From NCBI GenBank assembly GCA_964544295.1, contig CAZJBJ010000003.1, positions 1 to 52,952 on the forward strand: a stretch of 52,952 nt of DNA, in the 5' to 3' direction. A program made the position numbers and the translations under genes. Below the pieces are notes generated by a model, which was not told where the DNA came from, searched no databases, and saw only the letters and a program-made list of their open reading frames with translations. Every line of letters starts with the position of its first letter. Within the stretch, counting starts at the first letter, position 1. Of this stretch, positions 46,845 to 52,952 are shown piece by piece. Origin of the DNA: an uncultured Bifidobacteriaceae bacterium (GTDB taxonomy: Bacteria > Actinomycetota > Acidimicrobiia > IMCC26256 > JAENVU01).

Positions 46845-47773
46845 GCCCGCTGCGCGCCGTCGTGGTGGTGTTGCTCGGCGGGCTCGGTTTCGTCGTGCTC
46901 GTGAGTGCCTTGCCCCGATTCCGGCGCACCGTGCTGTCGCGACGGCTCGTGCCGTACCTCATCACGCTCGGGCCCGGTCGGTCGACCCTCTTCGGCACGT
47001 CGCCGAGGTCGTCAGGCCTGGGCGCAGTCTTCGATCCGGTGATGCGGGCGTGGGGTGATCGACTGCAGCATCTGTTCGACGACGGCCAGCAGCTGGCCGA
47101 ACGCCTGAGTGCCGCCGGGACGGAACTCGACCCGTCAGGGTTCCGCTCCCAGCAGGTGATGTGGGGGCTCGGCGGTTTCGCGGGTGGACTGGGATTCGGC
47201 GTCCTGCTCGCGGCTGCGGGACGGACCGTCTCCCCGGTTGCGGTGCTCGGCATCGCGCTCGCGTTCGCAGCTGCGGGTGTGGCCGGCCGGGATCGGGCGC
47301 TCACGCGGACGATCGCCCAGCGGCGGGAGCACGCGCGCCTGGCGCTGCCGACCGTCGTCGACCTCGTGTGTCTCGCGGTCACGGCTGGCGAAAGCCTCCG
47401 CACCGCGTTGGCCATGGTGGCCGAGACCGGCGGAGGCCCGCTCGCGCAGGAACTTCGCCGCGCGTTGCGTCAGGCGCGCGGCGGGACACCGTTGGCCGAG
47501 GCGCTGGAGGAACGAGCGCGGGTGCTCGGGGTCCCGGCCTTCGGTCGGTTCGTGGCCGCCATCGTTGCGGCCCAGGAGCGCGGCATCCCCCTGGCGGATG
47601 CGCTGCGCTCCTTGGCGTTCGACCTGCGCGAGCGCGAGAAGCGTGAGTTGATCGAAGTCGCGGGAAAGAAGCAGATCTCGATGCTGGTGCCAGTGGTCAT
47701 GTTGATCCTGCCCGTCGCGATCGTCTTCGCCTTCTATCCCGGAGTTGTGGCCATCAGGACGTTGGCCCGGTGA
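46841..47773 (+). CDS. tadC: Tad inner-membrane platform protein TadC
   Basis: LPTVVDLVCLAVTAGE, AQERGIPLADAL, MLVPVVMLILP..IVFAFYPG. Confidence 0.88.
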   Translation: MSPLRAVVVVLLGGLGFVVLVSALPRFRRTVLSRRLVPYLITLGPGRSTLFGTSPRSSGLGAVFDPVMRAWGDRLQHLFDDGQQLAERLSAAGTELDPSGFRSQQVMWGLGGFAGGLGFGVLLAAAGRTVSPVAVLGIALAFAAAGVAGRDRALTRTIAQRREHARLALPTVVDLVCLAVTAGESLRTALAMVAETGGGPLAQELRRALRQARGGTPLAEALEERARVLGVPAFGRFVAAIVAAQERGIPLADALRSLAFDLREREKRELIEVAGKKQISMLVPVVMLILPVAIVFAFYPGVVAIRTLAR

Positions 47774-47784
47774 GAGGAGCACGG

Positions 47785-47937
47785 ATGCGAAGAGTGGAGC
47801 GGGACGAGCGCGGTTCGATCCCCGAATGGGTCATGTTGTTGGTGATGGGGATCGGGATCGTGATGGCGCTCTGGGCCATCGTGCAGCCCGATCTGGCGTC
47901 GATCGTGAGTGATGCGCTCAATCAGCTCCGCGGCTGA
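47785..47937 (+). CDS. flp: Flp-like major pilin, 50 aa (absent from the ORF track)
   Basis: GAGGAG SD; MRRVERDERG|SIPEWVMLLVMGIGIVMALWAIVQPDLASIVSDALNQLRG; class III signal peptide; lies between tadC and tadE. Confidence 0.8.
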   Translation: MRRVERDERGSIPEWVMLLVMGIGIVMALWAIVQPDLASIVSDALNQLRG

Positions 47938-48331
47938 GCGGCCTCGTCACCGATCGGCCGACGAGCAGGGCACGGCCATCGTCGAGTTCCTCGGTGTCGC
48001 GCTGCTCACGGTCGCGGCACTCATGGTGCTCATGCAGATGGCGATGTGGGTGTGGGCGCGCAACGTGACGGTGAACGCGGCCGACGAAGGGGCACGGACG
48101 GCCGCCGAGACCGGCCGCCCCTTGTCCGACGGTGCCGAGCGGACGCGGTCGGTGTTGCATGACGGGTTGGGCGGACGCGCCGCCTCGTTCGCGATCGGCG
48201 CGGCCCAGGACGGTGACGCCGTGATCGTGCGGGTGTCCGGCGTCGCTCCCCACATCGTGCCGTTCCTGCCCGAGTTCGTGGTCACGGCCGAGGCCCGGGC
48301 GTTGGACGAAGACACCGTGGTGCGCCCATGA
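47912..48331 (+). CDS. tadE: TadE-like minor pilin
   Basis: DEQG|TAIVEF, hydrophobic helix, AADEGARTAA. Start uncertain (overlaps the flp 3' end). Confidence 0.85.
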   Translation: MRSISSAAERPRHRSADEQGTAIVEFLGVALLTVAALMVLMQMAMWVWARNVTVNAADEGARTAAETGRPLSDGAERTRSVLHDGLGGRAASFAIGAAQDGDAVIVRVSGVAPHIVPFLPEFVVTAEARALDEDTVVRP

Positions 48332-48750
48332 CGCCGCGGCGGGAGGAGGGGAGTGCGATCGTCGAAATCGCGATTCTCGGGAGTCTGATCTTCGGAGTGC
48401 TGTTGCACGTGCTGCTCGTCTTCGGCGCGTTGCATCGGGCGACGCTCGCAACCAGCGCGGCGGCGCGCGAGTACGGGCGGGTGATCGTGGTGGCCGACTC
48501 CGAAGGCGAAGCCGCGCAGCGCGGTGCGATCGCGGTCGAGCTCGCGGGGCGCAATCACGGTCTGGCACCGGGGTCGCTCGCACCGTCGGTCGCCGGTCTC
48601 CGGCAACGGGGGGAGGTCCTCGTCGTGCGGGTGCGCACCGAGGTGCCGGTCGCGTCGATTCCGTTCCTCGGTGCGATCACCGGCGGGTTGACGGTGCCCG
48701 TGGAGGCGACCCACGCGGTGCGGCTCGACCGGTATCGGAGTGGCGCGTGA
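48328..48750 (+). CDS. TadE-like minor pilin
   Basis: EEG|SAIVE, AAAREYGR. Confidence 0.82.
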   Translation: MTPRREEGSAIVEIAILGSLIFGVLLHVLLVFGALHRATLATSAAAREYGRVIVVADSEGEAAQRGAIAVELAGRNHGLAPGSLAPSVAGLRQRGEVLVVRVRTEVPVASIPFLGAITGGLTVPVEATHAVRLDRYRSGA

Positions 48751-49157
48751 GGCGCGAAGCGGGCCAGGCGTCGGTGGTGTTGATCGGCGTGCTGCTGCTC
48801 GGGTTGATGTTCGCCGGGCTCGCCGTCGACGGTGCCCGCATGTTCACCGCGCGGCGGGATCTGCAGAACGTGGCCGACAGTGCGGCGTTGGCGGGCGCGT
48901 CGTCCTTGGACGAGGCGCAGTATCGGGCGAGCGACGGACGTGAGGCGCGGCTCGATCCGACTGCGGCACGGCGCGCCGTCTCCGAGGTCCTCGCCGCGTC
49001 GTCGTTGCCGTCGTCGGTCACGGTCGAGGTTGCGGTGACCGACGATCGGGTCGTGGTGCGGATCGCCCGTCCGGTGCGCCCGCTGTTCCTCGGCCTCATC
49101 GGTCTCGGCCCCGAACGCATCGGCGCTCACGCCACGGCCGCACCCCAAACGGGATAG
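48747..49157 (+). CDS. tadG: TadG-like (Tad domain) pilin
   Basis: EAG|QASVV, GLAVDGAR..ARRDLQNVADSAALAGA. Confidence 0.82.
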   Translation: MRREAGQASVVLIGVLLLGLMFAGLAVDGARMFTARRDLQNVADSAALAGASSLDEAQYRASDGREARLDPTAARRAVSEVLAASSLPSSVTVEVAVTDDRVVVRIARPVRPLFLGLIGLGPERIGAHATAAPQTG

Positions 49158-49880
49158 CTACGCCTGGGCGTCTTGGAGGCGCTGGACCAGGACGGGCAGG
49201 AGGTCGGATTCGAGCTTGGCCATCTCGGGCACGGTGCCGCTCACGTTGAGGGTGAGGCCGACCCGTCCGACCTGCACGCCGATCACGTCGGCGACCTGAC
49301 CGTCGGTCCGGCCTTCCGATTCGATCCGCACGGTGATCCGGAATCCGAACTGCGCGTCGCCCACGACCTCCACGGCGATCGGACTCACGTCGACGCTCAC
49401 GGTGGCGTTCGGCGGCACGATCTTGGACACCGCCGCGGTGTACAGCGCCCGGTAGCAGTCGACGATCGTCGGGTCACGGTAGAGCTCGAGTTGCGGGGTG
49501 ATCGCGTCGACGTCGGCGTAGACGGCGGTGCCGCTGTCGGTCGTGGTCTGCTCCTTGGCCCATTGCGGTGAGCGGCGCTGCACGTCACCGTCCTGCTTGG
49601 CCGCCATGAAGGTCTGGCACGCGGGGAGGGTCTTGGCCAGCGCGTCGATCTCGTCCAGCTCGGCCTTGGTGGTCGCCGGGTTGGCGGTGAAGCCCGGCAC
49701 GTCGGCCTGGGTGATCAGCCCCGCCTTGGCCAGGACGACATCCTCCCGGTCGGCGGTGCTCGTCGACGAGGTGCGGGCCTTCGTCGTGGTCGTCGACGAA
49801 CCCTTCGACGAGCCGCTGCTGCAGGCGGCCAGCGCGACCGAGACGGCGACGACCAGGAGGAGGGACCGGCATCGATGCAT
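49158..49880 (-). CDS. Secreted lipoprotein of unknown function
   Basis: Lipobox LAAC, Ser/Thr linker, two Cys, IGVQVGRV end pattern typical of PknH-like sensor folds. Its stop abuts the tadG stop. Confidence 0.75.
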   Translation of the reverse strand: MHRCRSLLLVVAVSVALAACSSGSSKGSSTTTTKARTSSTSTADREDVVLAKAGLITQADVPGFTANPATTKAELDEIDALAKTLPACQTFMAAKQDGDVQRRSPQWAKEQTTTDSGTAVYADVDAITPQLELYRDPTIVDCYRALYTAAVSKIVPPNATVSVDVSPIAVEVVGDAQFGFRITVRIESEGRTDGQVADVIGVQVGRVGLTLNVSGTVPEMAKLESDLLPVLVQRLQDAQA

Positions 49881-49935
49881 CCCCCATGTTGGTCCGGGCT
49901 GGGGTCCTCCGGGGGGACACCGGTACGATCCGCCG

Positions 49936-51528
49936 ATGGCCGACGACGCACCCCGCCGCACCGATTCCGGAATCGAGATCAAGCCGCAGTACAACGCGGC
50001 GGACCTCGAGGCCGCCGAGTTCGATCCGGCCTCCGCCCTGGGGGAGGCCGGGACGCCGCCCTACACCCGGGGTGTGTACAGCCAGATGTACCGGACCCGG
50101 CCGTGGACGATGCGCCAGTACTCGGGGTTCGGGACGGCGGCCGAGACCAACGAGCGGTTCCATTTCCTGCTCGGTGCCGGCCAGACCGGTCTCTCCTGCG
50201 CCTTCGACCTGCCCACCCAGATGGGCTACGACTCGGACCACCCCCGCTCCGAGGGTGAGGTTGGCAAGGTCGGCGTCGCGATCGACTCGCTCGAGGACAT
50301 GGAGATCCTGCTGCAGGGCCTCCCGCTCGACACCGTGTCGACGTCGATGACGATCAACTCGACCGCCGCGATCCTCCTGCTGCTGTACCAGATCGTCGCG
50401 GAGAAGCAGGGCGTGTCGTCGGACAAGATCAGCGGCACCATCCAGAACGACCTGCTCAAGGAGTACGTCGCACGCGGCACCTACATCTACCCGCCGCGGC
50501 CGTCGATGCGGATCATCACCGACATCTTCGACTACTGCGGCGAGCACGTTCCGCGCTGGAACACGATCTCGATCTCCGGCTACCACATCCGTGAGGCGGG
50601 CAGCACGGCGGTGCAGGAGATCGCGTTCACGTTGTCGAACGCGATCGCGTACGTGCAGGCCGCGGTCGATTCGGGGCTCGACGTCGACGACTTCGCGCCG
50701 CGCCTCTCGTTCTTCTGGAACGGACACAACAACTTCTTCGAGGAGATCGCGAAGTTCCGGGCCGCGCGGCGCATGTGGTACTGGATCATGAGCAACCGGT
50801 TCGGCGCCAAGAACGAGAAGTCGAAGCTGCTGCGGTTCCACACCCAGACCGCCGGTTCGATGCTTACCGCGCAACAGCCGGAGAACAACGTGGTGCGGGT
50901 CGCGCTCCAGGCGATGGCCGCCGCGTTGGGCGGAACCCAGAGTCTGCACACCAACGGCTTCGACGAGGCGTTGGGTCTGCCCACCGAACGCGCCGCCAAG
51001 ATCGCGTTGCGCACCCAACAAATCGTGGCGTACGAGACGGGCATGACCGAGACGGTCGACCCGCTCGCCGGTTCCTACTTCGTCGAGTCGCTCACCAACG
51101 AGGTCGAGGCCGCGGCGTGGCGCTACATCGAGAAGATCGACGAGCTCGGCGGCGCGGTCGCCGCGATCGAGGCCGGCTACATGCAGGACGAGATCGAGCG
51201 GGCCGCGTTCGAGTGGGCCAAGGCGGTGGACAACGGCGACAAGATCATCGTCGGTCTCAACAAGTTCGCCGACCCGAACCCCGAAGAGCCCGACGTGTTC
51301 CCGATCGACCCGGAGTTGGAACGCCAGCAGTCGGCGCGGCTCGCGGCGCTGCGGGCCCGGCGGGATCAGGCGGCGGTCGACGCGGCCCTCGCGGATCTGC
51401 GCACCGCCGCCGAGGGCACGGCCAACGTGCTGTACCCGATGAAGACCGCGCTCAGCGCGTACGCGACCTTGGGCGAGGTGTCCGACGTGTTGCGGGACGT
51501 GTTCGGCGTCTACCAACCGGCGCGCTGA
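49936..51528 (+). CDS. Acyl-CoA (methylmalonyl-CoA) mutase, large catalytic subunit without B12-binding domain
   Basis: [54 protein letters not shown]; ends at YATLGEV..VFG with no DxHxxG domain. Confidence 0.94.
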   Translation: MADDAPRRTDSGIEIKPQYNAADLEAAEFDPASALGEAGTPPYTRGVYSQMYRTRPWTMRQYSGFGTAAETNERFHFLLGAGQTGLSCAFDLPTQMGYDSDHPRSEGEVGKVGVAIDSLEDMEILLQGLPLDTVSTSMTINSTAAILLLLYQIVAEKQGVSSDKISGTIQNDLLKEYVARGTYIYPPRPSMRIITDIFDYCGEHVPRWNTISISGYHIREAGSTAVQEIAFTLSNAIAYVQAAVDSGLDVDDFAPRLSFFWNGHNNFFEEIAKFRAARRMWYWIMSNRFGAKNEKSKLLRFHTQTAGSMLTAQQPENNVVRVALQAMAAALGGTQSLHTNGFDEALGLPTERAAKIALRTQQIVAYETGMTETVDPLAGSYFVESLTNEVEAAAWRYIEKIDELGGAVAAIEAGYMQDEIERAAFEWAKAVDNGDKIIVGLNKFADPNPEEPDVFPIDPELERQQSARLAALRARRDQAAVDAALADLRTAAEGTANVLYPMKTALSAYATLGEVSDVLRDVFGVYQPAR

Positions 51529-51555
51529 CGCCAACGGCGGGCGGCCGGGCTCCGC

Positions 51556-51804
51556 TCAGCTGGCTCGGACCAACTCGTGGGCGCGCTCGGTGGTGGCCTG
51601 GATCTCCGCCAGCCGACGACGCGCCTCGGCGACTCCGGACTGACCGATCTGACGCGTCCGCTCGGACAGCCGGACCGGGGCCGGGGCGGGACGGCGGGCC
51701 GGGACCTTGGCCCGCGAGACGCGGGTTCGGGTCGCCGTCGAGCCGGCCAATGCCTCGGTCTCGGGGGGTTCAGGGGTGCTCAGGAGTCGCAACTGGGTGG
51801 TCAC
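51556..51804 (-). CDS. Small hypothetical protein (~82 aa)
   Basis: MTTQLRLL...RLSERTRQIGQSGVAEARRRLAE; GTG 6 nt after a GACACT -10-like box. Confidence 0.65.
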   Translation of the reverse strand: MTTQLRLLSTPEPPETEALAGSTATRTRVSRAKVPARRPAPAPVRLSERTRQIGQSGVAEARRRLAEIQATTERAHELVRAS

Positions 51805-51810
51805 GCTCGC

Positions 51811-51833
51811 AGTGTCGCATGGGGGTGTGACAG
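51811..51833 (-). promoter_or_regulatory. Candidate RecA-NDp/PafBC-like promoter; also an imperfect palindrome TGTCACA-N6-TGCGACA
   Basis: Minus strand reads cTGTCAcac-ccccatgc-GACACT, with the spacing of tTGTCRgtg-N8-TAnnnT. Confidence 0.4.
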
Positions 51834-52014
51834 TCATTCCGGGTCTCCGCTCTCGCCGGTGCAACTGACCGCTGTCATACCCGGATCGGATGGTTGCGAA
51901 CCCCGTCCGGGTCACTGGTGACAACGTGTTCACCGGCCGGACCGTTCCCGGTCGCGCGTCACATCACGCTGCGTAGCGGGGTCGCTGCCCGGGGCGTTCG
52001 ACCTCGCGACTCGG

Positions 52015-52809
52015 CTACTCGGTGGTGCGGACGACGTAGCGGCGTTGGGCGACGATCCAGCCGATGATCACCAAGGCGATGCTGTAGATCCACGCGGCGA
52101 GGACCGGATGGTCCATCGGCCAGACGTGTTGGGTGACCGGGGTCACCGGGTTGCCGAACAGCTCGCGAATGGCGGCGATCATCACGCTCACCGGGTTGAG
52201 GCTCGCGATCCACTGCAGGGCGATCGGCATGGTCTTGATCGGGACGAACGCGTTCGAGATGAACGTGAGCGGGAACACGATCACGAATCCGATGCCCATC
52301 ACCGCGTCCGGCGAGCGCACGAGGATGCCGAGCCAGATGCCGAGCCAGACGATCGCGGTCGAGAACACGAGCAGGAGCAGGATCCCCTCGCCGGCCTCGA
52401 GCACGCTGCTGTGCACCCGCCACCCGACGATGAGCCCGGTGACGAGCAGGATCACGATGGTGAGGATCTGACCGAGCATCTCGGCGAAGTAGTGGCCGAG
52501 CAGGTAGGCGGGGCGGGGGATCGGGAGCGACCGGAACCGGTCGATCACGCCGGCCTGGAAGTCGGTGGCGACCGACATCGCCGGGCCCATCATGGCGAAG
52601 GTCAACGTCTGGATGAGGATCCCGGCCATCAGGTATTCGGCGTAGCTGCCGCCGTCGACCTGGATGGCACCGCCGAAGATGTACGCGAAGAGCAGCACGA
52701 ACATCAGCGGTTGGACCGTGACGTTGGTCAGCTTCTCCGGGACCTGCCGAATGTGTTCGATGTTGCGCCGGGCCAGCACCCGCGCGTCGGCCACCAGATG
52801 CTTGCTCAT
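52015..52809 (-). CDS. ABC-2 type exporter permease (DrrB-like)
   Basis: QPLMFVLLFAYIFGGAI, GVIDRFRSLP, FPLTFISNAFVP..TMP..LQW.ASLNPVS. Confidence 0.92.
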   Translation of the reverse strand: MSKHLVADARVLARRNIEHIRQVPEKLTNVTVQPLMFVLLFAYIFGGAIQVDGGSYAEYLMAGILIQTLTFAMMGPAMSVATDFQAGVIDRFRSLPIPRPAYLLGHYFAEMLGQILTIVILLVTGLIVGWRVHSSVLEAGEGILLLLVFSTAIVWLGIWLGILVRSPDAVMGIGFVIVFPLTFISNAFVPIKTMPIALQWIASLNPVSVMIAAIRELFGNPVTPVTQHVWPMDHPVLAAWIYSIALVIIGWIVAQRRYVVRTTE

Positions 52810-52952
52810 GTCACTCCGCTCTCGGCTGCGCCGGGCCGCTCGGGCCCCGCTCGCCGCGCGCGGCGTCGGTGCATCGGGGTCGACGGCTCGCTCATGCCAC
52901 TCCGCTCTCGGCTGCGCCGGGCCGCTCGGGCCCCGCTCGCCGCGCGCGGCGT
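52804..52952. repeat. Two copies of a 63-bp direct repeat (52804-52866, 52890-52952), period 86 nt
   Basis: GCTCATG(T/C)CACTCCGCTCTCGGCTGCGCCGGGCCGCTCGGGCCCCGCTCGCCGCGCGCGGCGT, one mismatch; the second copy ends exactly at the window edge. Confidence 0.92.

Noticed and set aside
51845-51855. CTCCGCTCTCG 11-mer shared with the terminal repeat
   Set aside because: Too short and GC-rich; the flanks do not match.
52804-52952. CRISPR array
   Set aside because: The 63-bp unit with a 23-nt spacer is outside the usual proportions, there are only two copies, and no cas genes are present.

Overview
High-GC (roughly 70% by eye) actinobacterial chromosomal segment, probably Acidimicrobiia. That assignment is inferred from gene content and small conserved proteins and has not been verified. 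About 50 genes. From left to right: the start of an ergothioneine operon (egtA-egtB); a dispersed cell-surface glycan toolkit (two AT3 O-acyltransferases, an AftB-like GT-C, an Rmd-like reductase with three GT4s, a Wzx-like flippase, a GT2, a second GT-C-like protein and a methyltransferase); a PGRP-type amidase with beta-propeller repeats; an lpdA / E2 / fused lipB-lipA / M24 peptidase operon; B12-related genes (metH, pduO, split methylmalonyl-CoA mutase); pepA, an L,D-transpeptidase, rhodanese-MoeB and a sirtuin; and a Tad/Flp pilus operon joined to a wHTH-LysM-hypothetical-BldC/Xis-like HTH module. No rRNA, tRNA, transposase, integrase or CRISPR-cas was seen. The most unusual signals lie outside the ORF track: (1) a stand-alone 13-codon ORF inside a highly structured ~250-nt RNA with alternative SD-sequestering pairings (5836-6088); (2) the Tad-associated module, with 10-bp phased repeats and an atypical pilin; (3) a 63-bp direct repeat at the right edge that builds an ATGA-coupled mini-ORF; (4) several unannotated small ORFs and widespread leaderless-type promoters. 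All calls come from reading motifs by eye; no database searches were run.
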